Below are positions 10,684-18,984 of a stretch of 64,000 nt of DNA, in pieces. The DNA lies in assembly GCA_030612505.1 (NCBI GenBank), contig JAUWNU010000001.1:1233-65232 (forward strand). The letters are read 5' to 3'. The notes under the pieces were generated by a model. That model was not told the DNA's origin and made no database searches. It worked only from the letters and a program-made list of their open reading frames with translations. The position numbers were made by a program, and so were the translations under genes. This DNA comes from Methanomassiliicoccales archaeon. Its GTDB lineage: Archaea > Thermoplasmatota > Thermoplasmata > SG8-5. How positions within the stretch are numbered: position 1 is the stretch's first letter; the number at the start of each line of letters is the position of its first letter.

Positions 10684-11036
10684 AAAGAGACAATCGCCTC
10701 TACATACAGGATATTTTAGATGGCATTAATAAAATAGAGGAGTTCGTCGGGGACATGAATCTTGAAGAGTTTGCCGATGACGATAAAACCAGCAGTGCGG
10801 TTGTGAGAAAACTTGAAATCATTGGCGAAGCGACCAAGAACGTCCCTGAGGATATAAGGGAAAAATACAAAGAAATTCCCTGGGTTGATATGGCGAGAAT
10901 GAGAGATAAAATCATCCACTTTTATTTTGGCGTTGACCATGAGATCGTCTGGAAGGTTGTAAAAGAGCGGCTTCCGGAGATTAAACCATGGTTAATTGAA
11001 ATTATAAAAAATTGGGGGAACGAGTTAGATAGCTGA
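10680..11036 (+). CDS. DUF86/HepT HEPN ribonuclease toxin
   Basis: AVVRKLEIIGEA...IPW..MARMRDKIIHFYFGVD contains the HEPN Rx4HxY motif. Confidence 0.9.
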   Translation: MKRDNRLYIQDILDGINKIEEFVGDMNLEEFADDDKTSSAVVRKLEIIGEATKNVPEDIREKYKEIPWVDMARMRDKIIHFYFGVDHEIVWKVVKERLPEIKPWLIEIIKNWGNELDS

Positions 11037-11043
11037 AAAAGTC

Positions 11044-11136
11044 GATGATAAACGATTTCCTGAGGATTTTCTCGAGTGCTGGAAACGGTTCGAGGCCAGG
11101 AATTCGGATGCTGGGGCGAAAGATACTTAATGATGG
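11044..11136 (+). repeat. Direct repeat copy 2 (DDKRFPEDFLECWKRFEARNSDAGAKDT* plus promoter-like motif)
   Basis: Homologous to copy 1 (offset 830 nt), with several third-position codon changes. Confidence 0.8.
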
Positions 11137-11150
11137 GAAAGAATATAGTT

Positions 11151-11393
11151 ATGGAAGTGAATGCGATGAGAATAAACGCGCTGAAGAAAAAATACTCGGG
11201 TGAGTGGATGGCGATAAAGGTCACAAAGACTTCGCCAACCGGAGAGCCTCTTGAGGGAGAATTATTGCTCCGAAACCATGACCATGACAAACTATGGAAG
11301 AACTTGCCAAAACATAAAGGATTCAGAATTTACGTCACTTATGCTGGCAAACCCCTTGAAGAAGGATATGCAGCAGCTTTCCAAGTAAAATAA
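11151..11393 (+). CDS. DUF5678-like small protein
   Basis: LKKKYSGEWMAI motif; lies directly upstream of a retropepsin gene, as is typical. Start could be 11151 or 11166. Confidence 0.6.
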   Translation: MEVNAMRINALKKKYSGEWMAIKVTKTSPTGEPLEGELLLRNHDHDKLWKNLPKHKGFRIYVTYAGKPLEEGYAAAFQVK

Positions 11394-11410
11394 GCGATTA
11401 TCGGGGCATA

Positions 11411-11797
11411 ATGATGGATATACCGATAAATGAAGAAGAGCCAATAATCGTGTTAAAAGTGAATTTGACAGGGAAAACAGGTGAATACACGATAGACATG
11501 GCTCTGGATACCGGTGCCACTTATGTGATGATTCCTTGGTGTGTGGCAGAACATTTGGGCTATGAGCCTGCCGTAAGTCCAGAGAGGATTAACATTACTA
11601 CGGCAAGTACAACGGTCAAAGTGCCGCTGATAACGGTCGGGGCTATTGGCATAGGAGACATGACCGTGAAAAACATCAAAGTTGTGGTTCATGATCTGCC
11701 GCATAAAAGCAGGGTAGATGGCCTATTGGGTCTAAGTTACCTGAGAAACTTCGACGTATTCCTAAAATTTAAGAGCAATAAATTAACAATACTTTAA
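11411..11797 (+). CDS. Clan AA retropepsin-like aspartic protease
   Basis: MALDTGAT catalytic motif and C-terminal DGLLGLSYL. Confidence 0.85.
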   Translation: MMDIPINEEEPIIVLKVNLTGKTGEYTIDMALDTGATYVMIPWCVAEHLGYEPAVSPERINITTASTTVKVPLITVGAIGIGDMTVKNIKVVVHDLPHKSRVDGLLGLSYLRNFDVFLKFKSNKLTIL

Positions 11798-11835
11798 TCC
11801 TGTAGTTTGATGTTTTTGAATCATCCTTGAGATAG

Positions 11836-11967
11836 GGAAAGGCCTGGATAATGAGCTGCTTCTGTCCGATACCAGAGTTCAATGCCGAACTGATTGCCAT
11901 ATTCATACCATTGGGAATGTCAGTAATGATTATTAGGAGGAAGAGAAAATATGCCACCACAGGGTAA
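11836..11967 (+). pseudogene. Orphan 3' fragment of a PEF-CTERM protein gene
   Basis: My translation: GKAWIMSCFCPIPEFNAELIAIFIPLGMSVMIIRRKRKYATTG*, preceded by an in-frame TAG at 11833. Confidence 0.65.
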
Positions 11968-12031
11968 GAGGATGAGTGAGGAATTTTTAAGGGCCTGGCT
12001 TGATTTTAGCACTAGAAAAACGAATCATTGA
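11951..12031 (+). other. Third, diverged micro-ORF MPPQGKRMSEEFLRAWLDFSTRKTNH
   Basis: Similar to the 10205 micro-ORF, with the same overlap onto the aggaggaagaga (RRKR) tail of the upstream ORF. Confidence 0.5.
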
Positions 12032-12091
12032 AGCTTTTTTATTTAACCCAATAACGCAAAATGCTTAATGTATAATCGCATACTTGCTGAC

Positions 12092-12553
12092 ATGGATTTC
12101 GAGATTACTGTAAGCCGAAATGCGCCGCTGACCTCCCTGGACGACCTGGAAGAGGTTTGCGCTATTTTTCTTAGTAATATCGGGTACTTGCCAAAGGGTT
12201 ATGGCCCCCGTACTGGGGTATCTGAGATAAGGGAGAGCGTTCCGTTCCGCTTGTTTGTGGACTTTTTTTTACTGCGTCGGGACAAAACCTGGCTGGTGGA
12301 AGAACTGGCCCACGAGCTGAAAACCTCCAAACCCACAATTTACAGGCATATCAAGAAGTTGAAGAGCATGGATTTACTGGAAGAAGCTTATCTCGATACT
12401 GAAGCAGGCACACAGCGTAAGGGCTACAAACTGAGATATGGCAGCCTGGGAGATGCCTGGCATTTTGCCGAGGAACATGTTACAGTGGCAATGGCAAATT
12501 ATCGAAAGACTATTGATCATATTCAAACACTGGCAGAGAAAAAGAGGAAGTGA
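12092..12553 (+). CDS. ArsR/TrmB-like winged-helix transcriptional regulator
   Basis: VEELAHELKTSKPTIYRHIKKLKSMDLLEE helix-turn-helix. Confidence 0.75.
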   Translation: MDFEITVSRNAPLTSLDDLEEVCAIFLSNIGYLPKGYGPRTGVSEIRESVPFRLFVDFFLLRRDKTWLVEELAHELKTSKPTIYRHIKKLKSMDLLEEAYLDTEAGTQRKGYKLRYGSLGDAWHFAEEHVTVAMANYRKTIDHIQTLAEKKRK

Positions 12554-12557
12554 ATAA

Positions 12558-12848
12558 ATGAAGAAAGATGAAGAGGAAGACAATGGCGTGGTTTTAACAC
12601 CCAACTCAAGATACAGAATAAAATCCCTGGAATCCAGGGATAATCCACTGGTCACCAGCGGCAAGTTCATTGGCTACACCGCAATTGGCCATGACGAAGG
12701 CATGGCAATAGAGCTGGACAGCACCCATGATAAGGACAAGGGAAAGATTCGCATTGTGCCTACCCACACCATCATCTCAATAGACATTATCGAGGCAGTG
12801 GAGAAGGAAGAGAAAAAGCAGCAACGTTCCAGCACAATGTACGGGTGA
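12558..12848 (+). CDS. Conserved small beta-rich protein, possibly Sm/LSm-like, with C-terminal MYG
   Basis: Pattern GKFIGY...GMAIELD...IRIVP...IISIDI resembles Sm1/Sm2; charged tail ends STMYG. Confidence 0.55.
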   Translation: MKKDEEEDNGVVLTPNSRYRIKSLESRDNPLVTSGKFIGYTAIGHDEGMAIELDSTHDKDKGKIRIVPTHTIISIDIIEAVEKEEKKQQRSSTMYG

Positions 12849-12858
12849 ACAATTGGCA

Positions 12859-13082
12859 TGGTCTATGCTTAGTTATCGTTAACAGAGGGTCTGAGTTTGT
12901 ATACAAAAGTGATAGGGTCTTTGCTTGGTTATTGTTAATTAGGGTCTAGGATATGCTGGCAATAAAGCTGCCAGCATCTTTCTGTTTTCCTAACACCCTG
13001 AACCCAAACATAATCCAAACATGTTGCAAACACCCTAGCCCCTAGACCCTGAACCCTATACCCAAACATATTGTAAACGTCC
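12859..13082. repeat. 27-28-bp tandem repeat array A, a hairpin, and inverted heptamer repeats
   Basis: GGTCT cores at ~12860, 12887, 12915, 12942; hairpin atgctggca..tgccagcat; accctga/accctag heptamers at 12995-13060. Confidence 0.75.
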
Positions 13083-13133
13083 AGTATCTAAGCCATGTAA
13101 TATTTATATCATGCAATTCATTAGAGGTATTGC

Positions 13134-13454
13134 ATGTCACACATATTCGACACCTCAAGCCTTGAAGGCAAGATTCTTTTACTACTGGTTGAGGTGTATC
13201 CAGTTACCATGAAGGACATATCCAATTATCTCAATGAATCAATGAAAAGAGTGGAGAGGAGCGTCCAGATACTTGCCAAGAAGGGACTGATAGGCCTGGA
13301 GCCTCTGCCAGATGAAATTTTTGTAACACTCACAAGTGGAGATTTTTCGTTCAAGGGAAAAGAAACCGAGCAACTGAAAAAGGTCCGGGAAAAGCTCAAG
13401 AAACAGCAGGACTGGCATCTGCCAGATGATGAAGATAATGTGATGTATGGATAA
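13134..13454 (+). CDS. Winged-helix (MarR-like) protein with acidic tail ending MYG
   Basis: YPVTMKDISNYL...VERSVQILAKKGLI helix-turn-helix; tail DDEDNVMYG. Confidence 0.7.
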   Translation: MSHIFDTSSLEGKILLLLVEVYPVTMKDISNYLNESMKRVERSVQILAKKGLIGLEPLPDEIFVTLTSGDFSFKGKETEQLKKVREKLKKQQDWHLPDDEDNVMYG

Positions 13455-13470
13455 TGCTAAAAAGCAGATA

Positions 13471-13697
13471 GTTGAACGCACTAGCGAATTAATAGCAAGC
13501 GTTCGACGATGGCATGGCAACAATCTATTACTAAATTAAATGCCATACTGCTCATGGCAATCTGTAAGTAATAGGTGAATGCATAACTAAATCCAGCAAT
13601 AAAGAGCATTCGTCATGATTGATCAATGTCCAAGTAATCGCAATCAAAAAATTCCGTAATCTTCGTAACTAACAATCTACAAATAGAGAGATTATGG
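13471..13697 (+). ncRNA. Five-hairpin structured element, copy 1 (unknown family)
   Basis: Five consecutive stems in the same order as 29119-29325, with compensatory changes. Confidence 0.45.
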
Positions 13698-13699
13698 GT

Positions 13700-14248
13700 T
13701 TAATGCATTGACATTTCCATAAACCGCATTTCCCTCTGCTTTGTTTCTAGAAATCTGTAAACTGCAGAATGTTCAGAGCCTTCCAGTATCATTTCCACTG
13801 CCCGTCTGGACGCGTCCATTGACATGAGATCTCCGATTATTGCCACGGTGTTTCCATATATTGATAGTTCTGATTCAGATAGATCTTCGATAATTCGCCT
13901 GGTCTTGCCATTGGTGCCGATTAGTCTGGCGCGGATTCGTGCAACATGTTTGCGTTCCTTGCCAGCAAAGTCCCGGATGTCCACAATAGATAGATACATG
14001 TCTTCATTGGCCAGCTGCATTGCCCTGTCTGGAGAAAAACCTCTGGCTATGGCCGTGACAACATCCCTGGCAGCGAGACCCACCTGTCCTTCCTGAACTT
14101 TTTTTGCCTTGGGTATGACAGTTACCTCACCGATATTTGAGTCTATCTCTAGTTTCACGCCGCAGCTCCGCTCTATCTGGGTCTTGACTTTCCCGTCTGG
14201 GCCAATGAGCACACCAACGCGCTCCTTTGGGATTTTCACATAGAGCAT
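13700..14248 (-). CDS. KH-domain rRNA processing protein (Dim2/Pno1-like)
   Basis: IPKERVGVLIGPDG and RLIGTNGKTRRIIE KH motifs; part of the conserved aIF-1A-RIO1-KH operon. Confidence 0.9.
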   Translation of the reverse strand: MLYVKIPKERVGVLIGPDGKVKTQIERSCGVKLEIDSNIGEVTVIPKAKKVQEGQVGLAARDVVTAIARGFSPDRAMQLANEDMYLSIVDIRDFAGKERKHVARIRARLIGTNGKTRRIIEDLSESELSIYGNTVAIIGDLMSMDASRRAVEMILEGSEHSAVYRFLETKQREMRFMEMSMH

Positions 14249-14309
14249 TATTAATCCTCCAGTTTCACAGAAGGCTTAAAATGAAATTCTGTGTAATTTG
14301 TATTCAATT

Positions 14310-15086
14310 TCATTTTTCTTCCTCCAAGATATCCTTCATCAGGTCTTCTACTTCCACCTGGATATCGAACCGTTTAAAATACCTTGCTAAGTTTTTGATA
14401 TCTCGTTCTAGAAACTCTCTAGCCATTGGATGATTTGTTAAAACTGCCTGGCCAACATCGATTATTGTTGGGCCAGATTCGGTCATTAGGATATTGTACT
14501 CGGAGAAATCCGCATGAACCAGGCCGGCTTTCTTATATATTTTCTTGTAATTGTCATATAGAGTATTATACAATTCATCTGGACTTTCAATTTCAACGCT
14601 TCGTAAATGAGGTGCTGGAGTTTCATCAATGCCAATGAATTCCATTACGATAATATTCTTAACGCATGTAATTGGCTTTGGAACTATGATGCCATTGGTG
14701 TGCATTCTTTCCAGATTTCTGAATTCCTTCTGTGCCCATAGATGAATGGTCCTTCTCTTGTTCTTGCCAACACTGCGAAAACGCATATCGCCAGTAATGT
14801 ATTTTTGAATATTATTGAATGTGGAATTTGACATCCTGTAAATCTTCACAGCAACATAGTCGCCATCAATAGTTGTGGCTCTGAAAACATTCCCTTCCTT
14901 GCCAGTGGCAATTGGAAAGTCCAGAGTATCAAAATAGCCCTTTGTGGTGAGGCCGTAGATGGTCATGAGGGTTTCATGGTCAAATACCTCATCGTAGATT
15001 TTTCTGTCCTCTAAATTCTTCTCACGAAAACGATAGGCAAGCACCTTTTTTTCAAGCTCCCTGAGCTTTTTGTCATCAATCTTCAT
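14310..15086 (-). CDS. rio1: RIO1 serine/threonine kinase
   Basis: IATGKEGNVF, AVKIYR, LVHADFSEYNIL, IIDVGQAV. Confidence 0.92.
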   Translation of the reverse strand: MKIDDKKLRELEKKVLAYRFREKNLEDRKIYDEVFDHETLMTIYGLTTKGYFDTLDFPIATGKEGNVFRATTIDGDYVAVKIYRMSNSTFNNIQKYITGDMRFRSVGKNKRRTIHLWAQKEFRNLERMHTNGIIVPKPITCVKNIIVMEFIGIDETPAPHLRSVEIESPDELYNTLYDNYKKIYKKAGLVHADFSEYNILMTESGPTIIDVGQAVLTNHPMAREFLERDIKNLARYFKRFDIQVEVEDLMKDILEEEK

Positions 15087-15101
15087 ATGACCTTCCAGCA
15101 C

Positions 15102-15431
15102 CTAGAAAATATTTATTTCTTCGGGAATGACTCCGCGTCTGGCCAAATTGGATGCCTGTGTCCTTGTGTACCTGTAAATTATATCGGATTTTTCATCCTG
15201 GAATTCCCATGGCCGGATTATGAGCAAATCACCCTCACGAATCCACATTCGTTTCTTCAGCTTACCACGTATTCGGCCCATTCTGGACTTGCCATCAGCG
15301 CATATCACCTTTATTTTGGAAGCACCCATGAGCTGGTCAGCTATGGCGAACATTTCTCGTTTGATCTCCTTGGGCATTGGCGATCTTACCTGTTCGTCAG
15401 GTGTTCCGGGTTTCTTACCTTTATATACCAT
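15102..15431 (-). CDS. eif1a: Translation initiation factor aIF-1A
   Basis: CADGKSRMGRIRGKLKKRMWIREGDLLIIRPWEFQDEK. Confidence 0.95.
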   Translation of the reverse strand: MVYKGKKPGTPDEQVRSPMPKEIKREMFAIADQLMGASKIKVICADGKSRMGRIRGKLKKRMWIREGDLLIIRPWEFQDEKSDIIYRYTRTQASNLARRGVIPEEINIF

Positions 15432-15504
15432 TCAGACCCACATAAGACTGGTCTAATATAAAAGATGTACTGGAGTATTTTTGTGAAATTATCTGCGCTG
15501 GCTC

Positions 15505-15818
15505 ACTGAACATGTCCGAGCAGGATGCGCGAATTCTTTCGGAATTCAAGCCAGTAACACCCATGCGATTTGTGAGTGTTACTGTCGAACCTTCAGGTTT
15601 GCGGATGAAGCGAGGAATGGTTCAGTATCAGGGCTTCTCTGGGTTTTAACCCAGAGAAGTGCTTCCCACTCTAAGAATTCCGTTAGACATCCCTGAATAT
15701 CATTGATGACAGTATAACCAATTTTCATATGTCATTCAATGTAAAACTGATAGGGATGCCGCTGCTTTCGGGCGTTAACCCGAAAGCAGACCACCCTTTA
15801 GGGTTGGGGAGCCCTCAC
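15505..15818 (+). mobile_element. Protein-free IS200/IS605-like element / candidate stand-alone omega-RNA, copy 1
   Basis: Ends ...ccacccttta gggttggggagccc TCAC, like archaeal tnpB right ends; shares two sequence blocks and its fold with 27702-27923. Confidence 0.55.
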
Positions 15819-16222
15819 CTTTCGCAAAAAGAAATATTCGGTAAAGAAAAACTCCAGGTGAGTCCTGCTCGATAATTTGAATGGCCAGAAAGGTTATTTC
15901 ATTGAAAGAAATATCTTGACTGGGGAAAGAGAATGCGCGGGAAGAAGATACGGGCTCCTGCATCGGGGAAGGCCAGTGTCTGCTATTGTCTTCAGCATAA
16001 CCTCCCTGGGCGCTTTGATGGCATTCGGGTGAAGTGAGAGTTAATTGACCCGAAAATTAATTACGGCACAAAGAAATCTCCTGGTCGAGGAAAGGGCCTC
16101 CAGGTGAGTTTTTGGAAACTTTCAAGATCTCTCTCCAGCCCAGGGGCTCCCTCAAAAACTCGGGGAAAAGGTTTTATTCGTTCCGGCAATGTCTGACCTT
16201 CAATAACTTGGAGTTGACTTGA

Positions 16223-17419
16223 ATGGCAAGGAACATAGTCGTAGAACTACTAAGCGCAAAATACATCGAGACGCAGGATGTGGAGATAGTAGAGAGAAAG
16301 GGTATCGGCCACCCGGACAGTATAGCAGATGGACTGGCTGAGTCTGTATCACGATCATTATGTAAGATGTACATCAAGAAGTACGGTCACATTTTGCATC
16401 ACAATACCGATGAATGTCAGATTGTCGGAGGCCAGAGTGCTCCAAAATTCGGCGCTGGAGTGATTCTTGAGCCAGCCCAGATAATTCTGGTAGGCAGGGC
16501 AACAACCGAGGTTGACGGAGAGCGTCTTCCTTACAGGGCAGTGGCATTAAAGGCAGCCAGGGACTATCTGAAGAAGCATATGACTCACCTGGACGTTGAT
16601 ATTGACGTTACTCTGGAATGCCGTATTGGTCAGGGTTCTGTGGACTTGAGGGGTGTTTATGACACAGGCAAGTTCCTTTCCAATGATACCTCATTCGGCT
16701 GCGGATTCGCCCCTCTCAGCGAGACTGAGCGCATAGTTCTGGAGACAGAGCAGTTTATTAATGGTAGGCTGAAAAAATCCATGCCAGAAGTTGGTGAGGA
16801 TGTCAAAGTCATGGCCTCCAGGATGAAGGATAAAATCAGCATAACAATTGCAGCAGCAATGGTTAGCTCTGAAATTCCGGACAAGAGCCATTACAAGAGC
16901 GTGGTAAAGGAGCTTAATGAGAAGGCACTGGCTCATGCATCACATTTTACAGAAAGAGATTTGCATGTTGATGTCAACACAGCTGACGATTACAAGAAGG
17001 GAAATTATTACCTCACCGTGACCGGTCTTTCAATGGAGAACGGTGATGATGGTTCAGTAGGTCGTGGAAACCGCGCTAATGGTCTAATAACACCATACAG
17101 GCCAATGAGCATGGAAGCCACAGCCGGAAAGAATCCAGTTACCCATGTTGGAAAGATGTACAATATTCTGGCCAATAAGATAGCCGAGGACATTATAAAG
17201 GAGACTAAGGGTGACGTTTTGGAAGTTCATGTGCGCCTGCTTTCACAGATTGGCGCGCCAATCGATAATCCACAGATGGCCAGTGTACAGGTTGTTCTGG
17301 CAGATGGCGTGAAAATGGACAAGGTCAAGAAGGATATGACTGGTGTTGTAGACAATAGCCTGGAAAATATCTCCAATATCACCGACCTTATCGTGAAGGG
17401 CAAAGTCACAACCTTCTGA
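16223..17419 (+). CDS. mat: Archaeal S-adenosylmethionine synthetase
   Basis: [50 protein letters not shown]. Upstream gaaaaggttttatt is BRE/TATA-like. Confidence 0.95.
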   Translation: MARNIVVELLSAKYIETQDVEIVERKGIGHPDSIADGLAESVSRSLCKMYIKKYGHILHHNTDECQIVGGQSAPKFGAGVILEPAQIILVGRATTEVDGERLPYRAVALKAARDYLKKHMTHLDVDIDVTLECRIGQGSVDLRGVYDTGKFLSNDTSFGCGFAPLSETERIVLETEQFINGRLKKSMPEVGEDVKVMASRMKDKISITIAAAMVSSEIPDKSHYKSVVKELNEKALAHASHFTERDLHVDVNTADDYKKGNYYLTVTGLSMENGDDGSVGRGNRANGLITPYRPMSMEATAGKNPVTHVGKMYNILANKIAEDIIKETKGDVLEVHVRLLSQIGAPIDNPQMASVQVVLADGVKMDKVKKDMTGVVDNSLENISNITDLIVKGKVTTF

Positions 17420-18018
17420 TGCCCATGTTTGAATTAGAGCTGGCCAGCAGAGGCGGCGCCCCGCTGTTCCAGCCCTTTCACATACTCAAGGCACTGTGGA
17501 TAATTCGGCAGGCTGAAATTATAGGCAGGAAAGAACTATCAGCGAAGCTGGCCATCGGAGAGGGCAGCACTCGCAAACTTATCGCTTACCTTGAAGAAAA
17601 GGACTGGGCCAGTTCAACCAGGCAGGGCATTTCTCTCACATCTTCCGCTAATAAATTGCTTGATGATATTGGCATACTGGCCAGCGAGGTCCATACAGGC
17701 GACCTCACAGTGGATGAACATGATTTTGCAGTACGCCTGAAGAATACCTCTAAGCTAGTAGGAAAAGGCATTGAGCAAAGGGACGAGGCCATGAAGGCTG
17801 GAGCAACCGGCGCAACAACTTTGGTTTACAGGGATAAGCTTGTTCTGTCAGATGACCCCGATACTGATTGCGGCATGCCTGAACTATGTCACAAACTCAC
17901 TGAGATGTTCGAATTGACATCAGGGGATGTGTTGATAGTTGGCTCTGGCCCAACACTGGCATCTGCAGAGGACGGGGCCTTTGCTGCAACAGTATTAACA
18001 CTAATCAATAAAAAATGA
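17419..18018 (+). CDS. HTH + DUF4443/DUF2111-like putative regulator, coupled to mat
   Basis: IGRKELSAKLAIGEGSTR helix-turn-helix; GIEQRDEAMKAGATGATTL. Confidence 0.7.
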   Translation: MPMFELELASRGGAPLFQPFHILKALWIIRQAEIIGRKELSAKLAIGEGSTRKLIAYLEEKDWASSTRQGISLTSSANKLLDDIGILASEVHTGDLTVDEHDFAVRLKNTSKLVGKGIEQRDEAMKAGATGATTLVYRDKLVLSDDPDTDCGMPELCHKLTEMFELTSGDVLIVGSGPTLASAEDGAFAATVLTLINKK

Positions 18019-18060
18019 AAACAAGAAAAGGTTGCGATTTCTCGCATTATTTGTTCAATA

Positions 18061-18459
18061 TTAGAAAAGGCCACCGACGCCCATTCTTATAGACCATGCT
18101 AGCACATAAAGTCCAAATCCAAATCCTGCTGCTCTAAGCATATGTGAACTTGTACTCTCTGCCAGGTCGGTTCTTGTTATTCCACCTATTATCAACAGAG
18201 TAAGAATGGCTATTATCCCCAAGTCTACTAGTAGTGTTCCCAGGAATCGAATAGCATCTATGTCACCAGTCAGCATTCCAGAAAAGCACATATCCAGAAT
18301 CAAAGCTCCCAATGCTAGCATTCCTGCACTGAGCAAAAGGAACAATCCTAGCTTACCCGGTCCAACAAAATGGTCATGAATATTTGTCGTTTGGCTCTGT
18401 TGTACTGGTTGCTGATACTGTGGCTGGGGTGGTGGTTGTTGATATGTTTGGTCAGTCAT
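18061..18459 (-). CDS. Membrane protein with Q/P-rich N-terminus
   Basis: YQQPPPQPQYQQP followed by three hydrophobic helices. Confidence 0.7.
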   Translation of the reverse strand: MTDQTYQQPPPQPQYQQPVQQSQTTNIHDHFVGPGKLGLFLLLSAGMLALGALILDMCFSGMLTGDIDAIRFLGTLLVDLGIIAILTLLIIGGITRTDLAESTSSHMLRAAGFGFGLYVLAWSIRMGVGGLF

Positions 18460-18642
18460 AATTATCTCTCCATTTTTTACCTTTCATATTCAGATTAAGG
18501 TAATACTTGTAATAAGTTCTAGATATATTAATATTTCTATTGACTAAATAAAAATCAAAAATAATTCCCGTTTTCACTAATCAATAAAAAAATTTAAAAG
18601 TAAGAAGTGCGGAATGTTCCGCATTCATGTCAGTAATTTAAC

Positions 18643-18900
18643 TTACTGGACATTCTTTCCACAGTGTGGGCAGTTGTTGAAGTTCACCGGAATTTGCTGT
18701 CCGCATCCCATGCAGGTCCTCTGTTGTCCCTGTGCTGGTGGTGGCGGTGGTGCTGCTCCTGGTGGTGGTGGCGGCGGTTGCTGATAATACTGTGGGGCCC
18801 TTTCTTCATACTTCACAAAGAAGTAAATTAGAGCGCCTGGCCAACAGAAAATAAGCAGGATAACGAATAATACCCAACTACCTGTAAATTCTTTTCCCAT
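18643..18900 (-). CDS. Small membrane protein with poly-Pro linker and C-terminal zinc ribbon
   Basis: TM hairpin; PPPPPPG; CMGCGQQIP...CPHCGK. Confidence 0.75.
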   Translation of the reverse strand: MGKEFTGSWVLFVILLIFCWPGALIYFFVKYEERAPQYYQQPPPPPPGAAPPPPPAQGQQRTCMGCGQQIPVNFNNCPHCGKNVQ

Positions 18901-18984
18901 ATGTTCACATCTCCTATTTTTTGTGTTTTTACTTGTTTTGGATTTCACAAAAGATTGCACTGATGCTATTAATAACTATCACCT

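Noticed and set aside
15087-15104. aIF-1A TAG is in frame with RIO1 (possible readthrough fusion)
   Set aside because: aIF-1A ends at its expected length and RIO1 has its own ATG at 15086; a shared frame has a one-in-three chance.
15852-16165. RNase P RNA, SRP RNA or ORB-containing replication origin
   Set aside because: GAGGAAAGUCC, the SRP helix-8 motif and TCCAGTGGAAA..GGGG boxes are not properly matched, and no cdc6 is nearby.
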